From NCBI GenBank assembly GCA_002245135.1, contig NGBS01000876.1:124001-188000 (forward strand): a DNA stretch of 64,000 nucleotides. The letters are read 5' to 3'. Below the pieces are notes generated by a model. That model ran no database searches and had not been told where the DNA came from. It saw nothing but the letters and a program-made list of their open reading frames with translations. Shown here piece after piece: positions 13,625 through 27,948 of the stretch. Source of the DNA: Proteromonas lacertae. Its lineage: Eukaryota. Position 1 is the stretch's first letter; every line of letters begins with the position of its first letter. The translations under genes and the position numbers were made by a program.

Positions 13625-16600
13625 ATGATAAACAACAAGATTATCTTAATACTATCTTGTTTATTCATCTACTCATCAGCTAACCAAATCAATGGATTTG
13701 TTGTAGTAGATACAAGATCAAATAAAGAAGTAATGGAGATGGTTGATAAGATGGCTATTGATTTAAAGCACAACCCAGCTATTGGAATAATCGTCAAAAC
13801 AGATGATGATACAAAAACAGTCAAATTTACCTTAGATGGAATGAATCCCTATAGAATAGAGACAGCAGCTCCATTCTCTTTAGCTGGTGATAATAATGGT
13901 CAAATATTCCCAGTAAATCTAGTACCAGGAACACACAAACTGACAGCAATACCAACATCCAAAACAACATCATTAGATGGTAAAGAAGTGATAATAAATT
14001 TCGAAATTGTTGATAGTTTAGGTAAAGGATTGCTAAGAATTGGATACTTTACTTATGAATTAGTCAATTCTGAAGATCAGAAGGTGTATAAGCAATTATC
14101 AAATGCTGATTTTACATCTGCACCAGAAAGAGTATATAATATATATTTATTTATGATGATATAGTATAATATTCAAATTAATCCTTCTTTACCAGCAACT
14201 ATCAATAGCTGTATGTCTATAAAATTCACTACAACCAAAGCAATTAGAGTTGTTTATGAATATCCATTCACAGTATTCAGTGAAAAAGGATATTACAATG
14301 ATTCTGGAAAATATGAGATAGAAGTGAAGTATTTCTTGAATTGCAATAGTGATGAAGCAGATATAGAAGAAACATTTACATACATACTAGTAGAAGAAGG
14401 ATCCACATGTGGAAATGGAATTTGTGATAAATCAGAAACATGTTTAACATGTCCAAATGATTGTGGAAAGTGTAAGCAGATATGTGGAGATGGTGTATGT
14501 TATGGAACTGAAGATTGCAACAACTGTAAGCAAGATTGTGGAGAATGCAAACCTGTTTGTGGTGATGGTGTTTGTTCAATAACTGAAGATTGTAATACAT
14601 GCGCAAAAGACTGTGGAGAATGTAAATATTACTGTGGTGATGGTACTTGCAGTGATTTTGAGAATTGTACAATTTGTTCAAAAGATTGTGGTGAATGTCC
14701 TGCAGAGTGTGGAGATGGTATTTGCTCATCCACAGAATCATGTTTACACTGTCCAGCAGATTGTGGAAAATGTCCAGAAAATGTATGTGGAGATAAAGTA
14801 TGTAATGGTGAAGAAAGTTGTTCAACATGTCCTAAAGACTGTGGTTATTGTATTACTGAAGATGTAGTAGAAGTTAAAGGAGATGGTAAATGTAATGGAT
14901 TAGAGAACTGTAAGACAGCTCCAGAAGATTGTGGACCATGTAACGATGAGTGTAAATCAGAATCTGATTGTTATGGAAATAGTCAGTTAAATTGTCAAAA
15001 TTGTATATATTGTTCCTGTTTGAACGAATGTGGTAATAACATCTGTGAAATGGGTGAAAATAGTAAAAACTGTCCTGAAGATTGCAGTGTAATCAAAACA
15101 CCAGTATGTAACAATACAATGTGTGAAATTACCGAATCTTGTAGTAATTGTCCAGAAGATTGTGGAGAATGTCCATTAGAATGTGGTGATGGTGTTTGTA
15201 ACAATGGTGAAGATTGTAAAACATGTTCTAAAGACTGTGGTGAATGTAAATCAGTTTGTGGAGATGATATTTGTTCAAGAGATGAAGATTGTAAATCATG
15301 TCCAGATGACTGTGGAGAATGTCAAACATATTGTGGAGATAAACAATGTAATGGTAAAGAAACCTGTAAAACATGTCCAATTGATTGCGATGCCTGTCCA
15401 GCAGAGTGTGGTGATGGTGCTTGTAATGGAAATGAAGATTGTAAAACATGTGAGAAGGATTGTGGTGAATGTCCAGCTGAATGTGGTGATGGTAAATGTA
15501 ATGGAGATGAAACCTGTAGAACTTGTGTAAAAGACTGCGGAGAATGTCCTGTAGTCTGCGGTGATCGATATTGTGATACAAATAATGGAGAGAATTGTAC
15601 AACTTGTACTAAAGATTGTGGTATTTGTCCAACAACTTGTGGTAATGGTGTATGTGAAGAAAGTGAGAGTTGTTATAATTGTCCTAAAGATTGTAATACT
15701 GAAAGTTCAAAATGTCCAACTAAATGTGGTGATGGCCAATGTACAAGTGATGAATCGTGTAGTAATTGTCCTCAAGATTGTGGATTATGTGCAACGTATA
15801 TATATATTAATATTAATTAATATTATTTCTTTATAGATATACCTGTGATCCAATATATTGTTCACCTCCTCAATGTACATGTGCTCAATATCATGGTCCT
15901 TCATGGATTCCTATTGATGAAACACCTCAATTCGTTACAGTCACTTGGGATGATGCACAAACTGTAGTTACCTTCCCTGAAATTATTAAAGTTTCAAAAG
16001 ATAGAAGTATTACTGATGCACTAGGATGTAATATTAAATATACATTCTATGATGTTCCATATAATACAAATTATAAATATTTAACTGAAGCTTATGCTGA
16101 TGGACATGAAATAGCTCAACATACTGTTTCTCATGAAAATTTAATGTATGCAACAAAAGAACAATGGGAAAAAGAGCTAACAGAAGGAAGAAGAATAACC
16201 TCTGAATTATCAGTAATTCCTCCAAATGAAATAGTTGGTTTAAGAGCTCCATATTTAGTCTATACAAATGCTCAATTTGAAGGAATGTTAGCTGCCAATT
16301 ACAAATATGATAGTTCTATGACAACTGGATTCAAAGGTGGTGATAATTATCACTGGCCATTTACCTTAGATTTTGGTTCAAATATGGAACATTGGACAGG
16401 TGAAAAGCCAAGTAAATCTTATCCCGGATTATGGGAAATTCCAATGCATACAATTGTTAGAAAAGATGGAACTCCAATGGATTCAATGGATTATACTGGA
16501 ACTTATGATGAATTATTAGAAATATTAAAATATAATTTCGATTTACATTATAATGGAAATAGAGCTCCCTTTGGTATGTTCTTTCATGGTGCTTGGATGA

Positions 16601-16938
16601 AAACAGGTGAAAAGAGAGTAGAGTTATTACAAGAATTATATAGATATTTTGGTAGTAAAAGTAATACTGTATTTGCCACATCAAAAGAGATAATCGATTG
16701 GATGAAAAATCCAACTCCTTTATCTCAAATGAGTTCCAAATCTGAATTTCAATGTGCTAAATCTTGGCCAACTACTAGTAGTAAAGAAATCTGTGATGGA
16801 ATTGATAATGATTTAGATGGAATTGTTGATAATGGTGATGTTCTTACGAAATGTTATTATCCATCTATAAATTTCGAGACATGTAATCCTAAATGTCCAC
16901 AAAATCCACCAGGTGAAGATTTAGTAAAGAAACATTAA
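13625..16938 (+). CDS. Secreted CE4 polysaccharide (chitin) deacetylase-like protein with about 17 Cys-rich CGDG repeats and a terminal CDGxDND motif
   Basis: Signal peptide. Introns near 14132-14164 and 15797-15836. Catalytic motifs PQFVTVTWDDA, GHEIAQHTVSH, VGLRAPYL, YDSS, WPFTLD, GLWEIPM, GNRAPFGMFFH. C-terminal EICDGIDNDLDGIVD. Confidence 0.85.
14405..15795 (+). repeat. Coding tandem array of about 17 ~25-aa repeats CG(D/N)GxCxxxExCxxCPxDCGxC
   Basis: Counted by eye in ORF 14213..15820. Confidence 0.9.
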
Positions 16939-17155
16939 ATCAACTCGATTTAAGATATATTCTTTTTCTATCTCTAATTGTGTTTATATATAATTTACTA
17001 TACAATGATTGTATGTACATAACTCTTTACTAAAAAGAATGTAGTGAATTATATTAAATCGACGATTATTAGTTACATCAATAGATCCTTAATTACCTCA
17101 AGGTAAAAATACAGAAACAATAGATTTATTACAATAATATTAATTTTCTTATCAA

Positions 17156-20100
17156 TTATTCATCTTTAGATAATTCATTCTTTTTTTCTTCTGATATTCC
17201 ATCTAATATTATTTTTCTGATTGATGAAAATGTTTTAAGAAATGATTTTAATTCTGATTTATCTATATTTTCTTTCACTGTCATTGATAATTCATCATAT
17301 CTATAAAATACTTCTTTGTTTTCTTTCATTAATCTCAACCCTTCTTCATTTAATTCATTTCCTGATATATCCACATAACTTAACTTTCCATACTTTTTTA
17401 TACTTTTTATTAACATTTTTAATCCTTTCTCACTCATTCCAACATCTATTTATAACATAATATTATATTATATTCATAAAATACTTGAAAGATTTAATGA
17501 ATTATTATTAGCAAATTTATCAAAATATTTACATATTATCTCTATTCCTTCATCTCCAATTGGATTGCCATATATTGAAATATATTCTGCTGTTTTAGGC
17601 AAAAACTCTATTAATTCTTTCAATCCTTTTGAAGTAATTTGATTATTGGATAAAAAAACTTTCCAATAATTAATCTTCTTTATTAATGGAATAAAAGAAT
17701 CATTCAGATTCAAATCTATTTCATAACATATTTATATTATATACTTGATAAATCACATGAATATCTTTTCTTAACACAATAATTCAAATAATATTTCACT
17801 TCTTCATTTGTCCATGATGAATTTTTCATTTCTATAAATGGATATTCTTCTTTTTCTAATGATTTTGAACAAATTGATTTTAATCCATTCATTTTGATAT
17901 TATTTCCTTTCAGATCTATTATTTTACATCCTTTTATTGAATCTAATGCATTTGATAATAATATCACACTTTCATCATCAATTAATGTATTACTCAAAAA
18001 TATTTGATCTATATAACCTTCCAATAAAATATTTAAATGGTTTAGTAATACCTTAAATCCATTATTACCAATTGGATTATCTAAAAATACATTATAAAAA
18101 TTATACTATAAATTCTCATTTTACATACACTCCATCTTCTATTTTTTATCAAATATTCCATTCCTTCTGAATCAATATTATTATCATATAAATATAGTAT
18201 ATCAATGTATTTTTGAATATTCTTTAAACCATCAACCAAATATTTCAATCCAATTGAAGATAATCCCATTCCTATAACACAATAAATGATTATAGTAATA
18301 CTTGAACAATCAATATAATCTTTCCGATCACAACATATTAACAAATTCATATGTGGAGATAATATTTTCATTCCTTCATCTCCTATTTCATTTCCTTTTA
18401 CACTAAGATATGTAAGTCTTGTAAAATAAGACATATTGTTCATTAATACTTCCACACTTTTGTCTGTAAGTTTATTATCTAATCAATAGAAAAGCATCAA
18501 ATTATACTATCTAAATTTAGATATTGCATCTCTCTAAGTTCATTTAATCTAAATGAAATGAATGATGAGAAAAAAACATCATCAATATCTAAATCGCTAA
18601 GATGCAATCCATTACTATATCTGATGAATTTCATCAATTCAGGAATGTCTTTATCTATCAGCAATTCTTTATTTCTTTTAACATCAAAATCAAAATCAAT
18701 TTTTGAAATAGGAAATTTAGAGAATATGGCTTTCAATCCTTTTGAATAAATTCTATTATTATTTCTAATATCTATTCTTCTGAGATTTGGATATTTATAT
18801 AATTCTTTTGATAATAATATCATTGATTCATCATTCAATCTCATTTCAGAAAGGATTAATTCATTTTCTTTGCTGATTAACAAATACAAATATGGAATTA
18901 ACAGTTTAAATCCCTTATTATCAATTACATACTCTATTTCATAATAATCAATAATAAAATAACTAATACGATTAAGACAAACTTGTTTTAATTTCATGAA
19001 TAGAATTGATTTAACAAATGATTCAATAAAATCAGATGTTAGATTATATCCAGATAAATCTATTTCTTGAAGGTTTGATAACTGTTTTAAATATGATATA
19101 AATGATGAATGATGTTGAATTGGAATATCAACACTATCTAATTAAATATAAATTATAAAAATAATACAAAATCTGAGTTTTGTTGGATTGATTAGTTTTA
19201 TTATTCTGAAGAAATAATCTATTCCTTCTTCATAACAACAAATACTATTTGATTTAACATTCATTCTTATTTCATCTCTTTCAATATAAATAGATAAATT
19301 TAATATCATTTTATCTAAATAGCAACTTTTGCCATCTTTGCACTTATGATATACTTGTGGTATTATCATTTCTTTGATTCTTTCATCTAATGATTTTGTT
19401 AATAATATTGATAGAATTTCATCATTACATTTAACATTATAAATTGATAAAAGATATTTATGTATAACTATATTTCAAAAATTATAATTAATATACTATC
19501 ATCATTTCTATTGTAATATTTCTTTGGAAATAATATAGGAAAATGAAGCAATTTATTATCATCATTATATAACACTTCTTTTCTTTTATTATCTATCATT
19601 AATAAATAACTTTCATTTCTTCTAATTGTCTTTTTCAATAATAGAACTTTCAATTCTTTTAAACTCAATCTATCTTCACTCTTCACTTTCAACATTCTTT
19701 CTATCATTTCTTTCATTTTCTTGTTACTTTTTCTTTTAAACTGTATTTACATATCAAATATTATTCATTCTTTTATTCATATTATTATCTTCATTAAATG
19801 GTAATTTCTTGTTTATTATCTCATATAAAATACATCCAATTGACCAAATCACACTTTTCTCATTACATTCTAATCCATTCAACTCTTCTGGAGTTTTGAA
19901 ACAAATATCATATATTCTCAAATCTTCTTCTTTTCTTAGTAAGTTCAAGAATAAATCACATAACTTCATTTCACCATCATCTTTATATATCACATTAGAA
20001 CCCTTCAAATTACTTATCACTATTCCATATTCATTGAATATCATCAATATATCACAAATTGATAGAATAATTTTACATTTATCATCACTAGAAATGGTTT

Positions 20101-20439
20101 TATTTTGAATTAACCCCTCTAAATCTCGCATATAATACTCTCTTTCCAACATCATCATATTACACCCGATGATCTGTATTTCTGAAGGATAGGTACAAAA
20201 TGAACAATAATCTAACAGAAAACAATTATTTTCACTGAATTTCAATATCTTCTTCTCTTTAATTCCATTGGTATTCAACATTTTAACTACTTTGCAGTTA
20301 TTTTCATGTTTAATTACCAATTCTACTTCATTTTCATTCTTTTCTTTTCTTTCTTTGATCTATTACATATATAAATTAAGCATACTTCTAATTTCGGTAA
20401 TTTATATTTCAATATCTCTTCTATGTGATGATTTAACAT
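17156..20439 (-). CDS. Pseudokinase-LRR family protein, multi-exon (copy A)
   Basis: ATG at 20439 with a first intron restoring frame. Kinase-like motifs ISNLKGSNV, DLF, KTPEE, VIWSIGCILYE. LRR exons such as GNEIGDEG, NNQITSKG and GNPIGDEG separated by ~28-nt introns. Confidence 0.75.
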
Positions 20440-20992
20440 TTCTGAAATTTGAGTCGTTTCAATTTTCTTTTTTCTTTCTTTTTTCATTCATTTTACCATT
20501 TTTATTTATCATTCATCAACATTCATGATCACAACAACACTAATATCGTTACTGTGATGTATAACCACTTTTATTGATTTTTGCTGTTCTGATGTTTCTA
20601 TTCTCAGTTAATGTAAACTACATAGAATAGTTGGATTTTATATGATAATATTCAGAGTTTTAAACCATCTAGCTGTAAATTTCAGCAAAATATTTTCAAA
20701 CTTGTTTGATGTTTCAAAATAAATAGTCGTTTTTTGATTCAGTTTTTTTCTTTTTAAAAATTCAAGATTATAGAAGTTAAAAAACATGTATAAGTAATAT
20801 AAATATATTAAGATGTTGTGTAATTATTTTATTCAGGAAATATTTCAAAATAATATGAATATTTTATGTGATATTGTTATTTTATTAGTAATATCATTTT
20901 ACAAACAATGATTATGAGAATATTCTCAATTCTATTATTTTCTTTTTTTAATCATCAACTATTAAGAAACAATTCAAAAAACAACGATATTT

Positions 20993-23221
20993 TTATAATA
21001 TTAACTTGAATAACAATATTATTACTAATATAAATAACATATTTCGATAATCACCAAAAATTCGCAAATTTATTATTATATCTTCATTCTCTTCATTTCG
21101 AATATCACATATTATTCTAGTTATATATTCAGATATTATTATCAGAATTTCAACTATCATTTTATTCTCATATATTGTTATTGGCTTATATAAAGGATTA
21201 TTATGATATTTTATATTCATATTTCCTCGAATATATTCTCCATTTATCAACTTTTCTCTTTCATTCTCATTCATTTCATTATCTTCTTCATCATACAATA
21301 GATTCTCTTTATTTATTATACAATTTTCACTTTCTTCTTTTACTCTTCTTATTTCTTCTTCACTTATTTCAAATATATCATTTAAACAATTTGTTGATGG
21401 CTTTTCTTTTCTATCACTATTACGAATTAAACAGATTATTTTTATTGCCAATGATTTGTATTTACTTATTTCACACAAAAATTCACTATTCAAATTCAGT
21501 TTTTCATAAATTGAATGTAAATCACCAATTTTTTCATTCTCATTTCTTCTTATCATTTTTCCTATTTCTCTCAACATTTTCACTAAATCTTTGGTATAAA
21601 TCAAAGAAATATGCTTAAAAAATATAAAATAAAATATTAATATATACTTTTAAAACTACATCAATCATATTATAAGATCGATTATAATCTAATTCTCTTT
21701 TAATTCCTTTCAAACATTGACCTAATAACAAAATATAAAACTATTCGATAAATAAATAACACAATATACTGGATAATGATTCTCAATATAATATTCCCAT
21801 TCATTATTATATGATTTTCTTTCTTTTCTCATTATTTTCTTTGATAATACGGAAGCAGCTGATTGTAATGTTTTGGTTGGCGATGTTTTTATTGTTGAAG
21901 GAGAGGAAGATGGTTTTGATATTGTTTCAAAAGCATTTTTACTATATAATCTATCATTACAATTCCATGGTTCTAATAAAGATAACCAAATATCAACCAT
22001 CTATTCATAAATATTACAAGATGATGTATATAAAATACCATTAAATAGGAAATATTATCATTAAATTCACAGAATTCTAAACCCAATGAAAGAAACTCAA
22101 ATAATGGTTTTTCGATTAATTCTAATAACATATTCTCATCTATTCATTTATATATATATATATATTATAATTAACATAATAATACTCTTTTGACTTGTTA
22201 TTGTGTCAGATAATAAAAACACTATTAAACCAAATAAACCTTTTAATAAGTTCAAATTGGGACTATTGTAATTCTAATTCATTATATATAACAATTGTAT
22301 ATACATACACATAATGTGAATTTTTCATCAAAATATAAACTATTCTTATTATAACGATATATATTGTTTTTATTTAACCAAAATTCCATTATTCCATTTA
22401 TTAATTCGATTGAATATCGATATTTTTCATCAATATTTCTCACATCTGGCATATTCATATTTAACTTCAATTCTCGTCGGTTTTCAAATAAACTATTATA
22501 ATATTCTAAACACAAATTCGAATATATATCATTACAGATCATTGATACACTCAAATTATATTGACTTTTGATTTTTGAATCTTTATTTGAACAACATATT
22601 ACACTTCTATTACAATTATCACTTCCAAAATGTAAAAATGAGAATAAATAATATTCTATCATATTTAATGATAAATATTCACATCTTCCAGAATAAATCA
22701 ATGGAGGATTTGTTAAATAATAATATAATGAAGGTAATGGATTATTACTGTTATTCTCAAATATTTCTCTTGTTTTTAATGGTAAATTCTCTACATTGTA
22801 ATTGTAGCTAACAGAAGGAATTGAATTACTGTGTAATAAAGTGGATAATAAAGAGCTATCTTCATTATTCTTCAATAAACTAAACAATCTTACAAAATGA
22901 ACTGCATTACTCACATGATCACTCTTTCTTCTTTTTGAATCACATACACATTCACATTTATCTTCACTGATTCGATAATAAAAAGGAACATCACTATAAT
23001 CACACAAACGACCATTTCTATTCAACATTACATCTACAAATTCGGCATAGTATGTGTAGAATTGATAACTTGCATTTATTGAGCCAAAATAACCTAAAGG
23101 AGAGCTAAAAACTAGAAACTACACACTTATACGAAAATTCTTCTTTCATATAATCATTTATCTCTCGACAAATATCACCAACAGATTTACTTGATACAGG
23201 GATTGAAAAATCGTAAGGCAT
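20993..23221 (-). CDS. SMPD4: Sphingomyelin phosphodiesterase 4 (neutral SMase3)-like protein with C-terminal TM anchor
   Basis: Motifs LNMIEYYLFSF, DIWLSLLEPW, WEYYIENH, PITIYENKMIV..IISEYI and INLRIFGDYR followed by a hydrophobic tail match my recollection of the SMPD4 family. Multi-exon. Confidence 0.65.
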
Positions 23222-23336
23222 TTTATTTTGAATTTTTCAATGTCAATAATTGGTCATTATTACACAGTTTTGGTAATTTTCATTTTTAACATCAACAATA
23301 ACAATTTAGATGATACAAATATTATTATTTAACTCT

Positions 23337-24384
23337 TCATTCTAATATTTTCAATTCACCCAAATAACTCTGATGATATCTTTTGAGAAATTCACTAACA
23401 TTTTCATAATCAAAGGTTTTCCAATGAGGAAACTATGATATAAATATATTACACACATCAAATATATACATATGGTTGTAATCCATTCATATTATCAGGA
23501 TCTAAAAGTGGGAATTTGTTTCTATAAAAAGAATATAAAATGATGATGAAATACTTTATTATTGATATTATTTCTTTGTAAATATATTCATTCCCTTTGC
23601 TGTCTGGATGAAGACCATCTCTGAGATAACTTTCCCAATTCTCATTCTGTTGCATTCCATTAAATAAATCAACCATAAAAACATTTTTGTTATTTGAGAT
23701 TGATTTTCTTAATTTCATTACTCTTTCAGCATAAACACTCATTACATCATTACTTCTTAATTGTTCTTCATTCATCTATTCATTTTTATATATTATATTA
23801 TACACTTGCACAATGGTTCTTATAAGCAATATCATCAACTGGAGTTGGAGTTAAAACTATTATTCTCATATCACATTTTAGTTTTAATAAATATTCGATT
23901 ATTTCTTTCATATTATCTTCAAATTCATCAATATTTATATGCTGAATTCTATTACATTCAATTGAACCATCATTTGTACCACACATTAATATCGTCAATA
24001 TAGGTAAATCTTCACTATTCTCTGGATATAACAATTTCAAACTTTCTAATAAGAATCTAGAATTATAGCCAGAAAAACCACGATTCAATATATCAGCTCT
24101 ATGACGATATATATAAGCAAGAGAAGCACCCCATCCTTTATACTCACTATCAAAACTATTGAATATATCATCAATTAAATATGTAAATACGAATATTCAG
24201 TTATGCTATCACCTAATAGTAATATATATGGTTTCTTTTTAGGTAAAACAGTTGAAATTGTTTTTTCTTTTGGTCTTTGATGTATTCTTAGGGGAATTTT
24301 CTTTTCTATTCTAGATAGCCAATATCCCAAACCCATCAATACACCTCCACCTATCACTAATGTGAAGATTTCTTTATTTGACAT
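23337..24384 (-). CDS. IAH1: SGNH/GDSL hydrolase, isoamyl acetate-hydrolysing esterase 1 homologue with N-terminal TM segment
   Basis: Blocks LLLGDSIT, NRGFSGYNSR, GTND and RDGLHP, plus terminal FPHW. Several short introns. Confidence 0.85.
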
Positions 24385-24455
24385 ATTTTTGCGTAATTTA
24401 CATAGTTATTTACATCTTACTCTTTTTTTTTTTATACATTACATATTAAAATTTG

Positions 24456-26945
24456 ATGGGGAAATTTGGTGATTTCGTTAAGATAATTGGTTTGGATATA
24501 GCTAATAGTGTTGAAGACAAACAATTTGCAGAAAAGTTTTTCAAAGAACATTTATTCAAGATTGATGAGTATATGGATAGTAGTATATATTAATAGATCC
24601 ATAAAAGATTATAATGCAGGGGGGTTTAAAGAAAAGCAACGTAGATATGCTTATCTACACCCTTCAAACATAATTATAGATGAGGATGATAGTGAAGATA
24701 GTGATGATGATCCTATGGATGGATCAAGAGGAGGACAGGAAATTGAACCAAAAGATAAAGTGAGAAAGATTAATCAAAGTAATTTTGAAGCTAAATGTAA
24801 ATACATACAAAATAAAGTAGTTAGTTTACAACAAGTGATAGAACAAGATGTTATGATAATCAAAAAATTAGCTCCTCGTATAATTATTTCATTTTTTTTA
24901 TTAATATTTTTACATAGAGTATGAATGTGAGTTTTTAATTTATTCAAGAAATGAAAAAGGCAGTATTAATGATAAAGCATTTAAAGATAACTGTCTTACA
25001 ATATGTTTCATTCTTGATCCTCGAAGTATTTTCGAGGATCCAAAAATCGCATATTGGCATGATATAGATTTTAGTAGAAAGATATGTATATTGATATCTT
25101 TCATTTATTCAATGAATATTAATCCAACTGGAAGCAAACCCATTGCTGATACAATGGTTCGTAGTCAGCTTGTCAGTAGTTTAAACGAAGCAAAAGCATG
25201 TGAAGTGGTTGGATTTCAAACAAATACCTCTAATTCATTTGAAATATTGAATAATTATGCAAACGACCCAAAATACTATCCTAAAGACAGTGCTATATAT
25301 CCAATAGCCCAATTTATAAAAGAAGCAATAAGTCAAAAAGGTAATAGATGGATAGATGATGAAGTATCAAATGTTCTTAAAAAAGTTCAGAATATCAGTA
25401 TTGAAGATAAGTTTTATAACATTTATGAAATTGGAAGAACATTAAATAATGATATTTGTGCATTATTATTAGTAAAATTATGTGGTTTATATCCTGATAA
25501 ATTTGATGTAGAAACTGCAGTTAATTATTTCGTAACAATGGAGGAAAGTAAACATACTGCAGTATACCATGATGAGGTATTTGATGATTTTGCAACAATA
25601 AAGTTATATGGTGAATATAAGATGTTTAATTTCACTAGTTTAAGGTCTATTTATGTTGAAGAATGTAAGAGAGATTTAGCAAGCGCTTATAAAAGATGTG
25701 ATGAGTTATTCAATAATTGTGATCCATCTGTGAGAGATTTTTATCTCAAAAGTAGTTATTTAAACAATACAATTAGTGAAAAAGAAGAAATAAATGTGGA
25801 ATTTGAAAAGATACTAATAGAGAACAGTCGTTATTATTTTGTTATACCTCTCTTTTTATTTATAGGAAGAGAAATAAGTCATCGATGCAGATATTGCTGT
25901 ATATTATTAATATTATTATTTATAAATAGTTAAGAACTTGAATGAAGTTAGTGAAACATATAAGTGTTGTAATGATCCAACATGTAAACATCAACAGGAA
26001 AGATTGAATGGATATGGTTTAGAAGATTATATAATTCTACATAACTACGAATTCGAATTATTACTTAGTTATTATGTAGCAGCATCTTACAATGAAGGAA
26101 GAGGTTTTATGAATGCTCCAACTGTTGAATTACCTAAACAAATGACCGAAGAAGAAATTAAGAAATTAATTGATGAAGGAGATTTGAACAAAATAAAAAG
26201 CACATTTGAGAGTGTTGTTCCTGAACAGTATATGAATAATCCAGAAAAATATCAACAGCAAGTGAATGAAGCAATGAATAAAGTAATTAGGCAATTACCA
26301 TCAATGGATGAGTTAATAGAATTAAGTCAAAAGCATACATTAAGAAAAGTATTAAATTCAAGAAATCCATTGTTATATCCATTATTAAGATGGATTGCTT
26401 TTAATAGTGAAAATATGATAGTTCATGTACCTGATCATATGAAATGGAATGGATGTGATGCAACTCATGTCTTCTTAATAAGGAAAGGAATATATAAATA
26501 TGAAGATATATATTCTAGATTGAAGAACAGTGGTAGAACTTTTAGAAAATTCTTTCATGGTTCTCCATATGGTTGTTGGCATTCAATTGTAAAGAATGGA
26601 ATAAAGAATATGAGTAACACTTCATATATGAGTACAGGTGCTGCTTATGGAGATGGTATTTATATGTCTGATAGTATGGGTGTAAGTAGTGGTTATAGTC
26701 GTCATGTTAATTTAGGCAGTATATGGAGAAATAGATTAGGTGATAATCTCAGTTGTAGTGCAATTGTTGAGGTTAATGAAGGTACCTATACCACAAATGG
26801 AGATATATTTGTTGCACAGAAAGAAGAAGAAGTATTTTTGAGATATTTATTAGTGTGGAGTAATGGCAGATCAAATAATATGAGTGTAAACGGAACACCT
26901 GATGATGTTGATAGTCTTTACAACAGCATTCCATTGAATGAATAA
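24456..26945 (+). CDS. PARP6/8-like mono-ADP-ribosyltransferase (H-Y-I type)
   Basis: FFHGS..CWHSIVKNG, TGAAYGDGIYMS, SSGYS, IFVAQKEEEVFLRYLLV. Upstream Cys cluster CRYC...CCNDPTC and PLLYPLLRWI. ATG 24456 joins via intron 24569-24596. Confidence 0.8.
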
Positions 26946-27158
26946 CCTTATAAACATAAATATTGTTTTTTATTATTAAACATATTTTATTATGAAAATA
27001 CTATAAATAATACATAATTGAAAGATTCTAGAAGTATAACTATCCCTAAGAACCTTTGTAGCTAGAGAAAAAAGGATTAATAAATTTTCATTTTGCTTGA
27101 CAAATCAAGCCTCAAGTTGATTGGTTTAAATTATCATTAACATTCTAGGTTTTTAATT

Positions 27159-27727
27159 ATGTCTAAAAGAGGTATATATAGTTGTCTAATTAGTCTTTTT
27201 AATTATATGTTTATGATATTTGCTCTTTTGCTATGTTTCTTTATGTTATAATACATTTTTTATAACCAATCACTTAATTATTATTGTATAGGTCGTGGTG
27301 GTGCTTCAGGAAGCAAATTCCGAATTACTCTTGGTTTACCAGTAGGTGCTGTTATTAACTGTGCTGATAATACCGGAGCTAAGAATTTATACATTATTGC
27401 AGTAAAACGTTTTGGTGCTCTCTTAAATAAACTTCCAGCTGCTGGTATATTATTTTATTTTATGTTTTAGCCGTTGGTGATATGGTAATGGCTACAGTAA
27501 AGAAAGGTAAGCCAGAACTTCGTAAGAAGGTTTTAACAGCTATTGTTGTAAGACAAAGAAGAACATTCCACAGAAAGACAGGAAATTTCATCTATTTTGA
27601 AGATAATGCTGGAGTTATAGTAAATCCAAAAGGAGAAATGAAAGGATCTGCAGTAACTGGTCCAATTTCAAAAGAATGTGGAGATTTATGGCCAAGAATT
27701 GCTTCAAATGCAGGATCTATAGTGTAA
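27159..27727 (+). CDS. RPL23: 60S ribosomal protein L23 (uL14), 3 exons
   Basis: [37 protein letters not shown]...[11 protein letters not shown]...[20 protein letters not shown]. Introns 27172-27291 and 27445-27470. Confidence 0.97.
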
Positions 27728-27948
27728 AAATGTATCATGTTAAACCTAAGAATGATAATATTTGTGTTTTGTTTATTGTTACATCCATAATCAATTATTA
27801 ATAGTTAATTAATATAAATTTGAAAGATATTGATAATTTCTTCACAAAAATCCATGAAATGATTTAATGTATTGAATAGAAAAAGATTTAGAAAAAATAT
27901 ATTTACATAGTTACGTATATAACAAGAAAAAGTATAATGAATGTAATT

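Noticed and set aside
14405..15795. CRISPR-like or non-coding repeat array
   Set aside because: The repeats are in-frame Cys-rich protein repeats with synonymous variation, in a eukaryotic gene.
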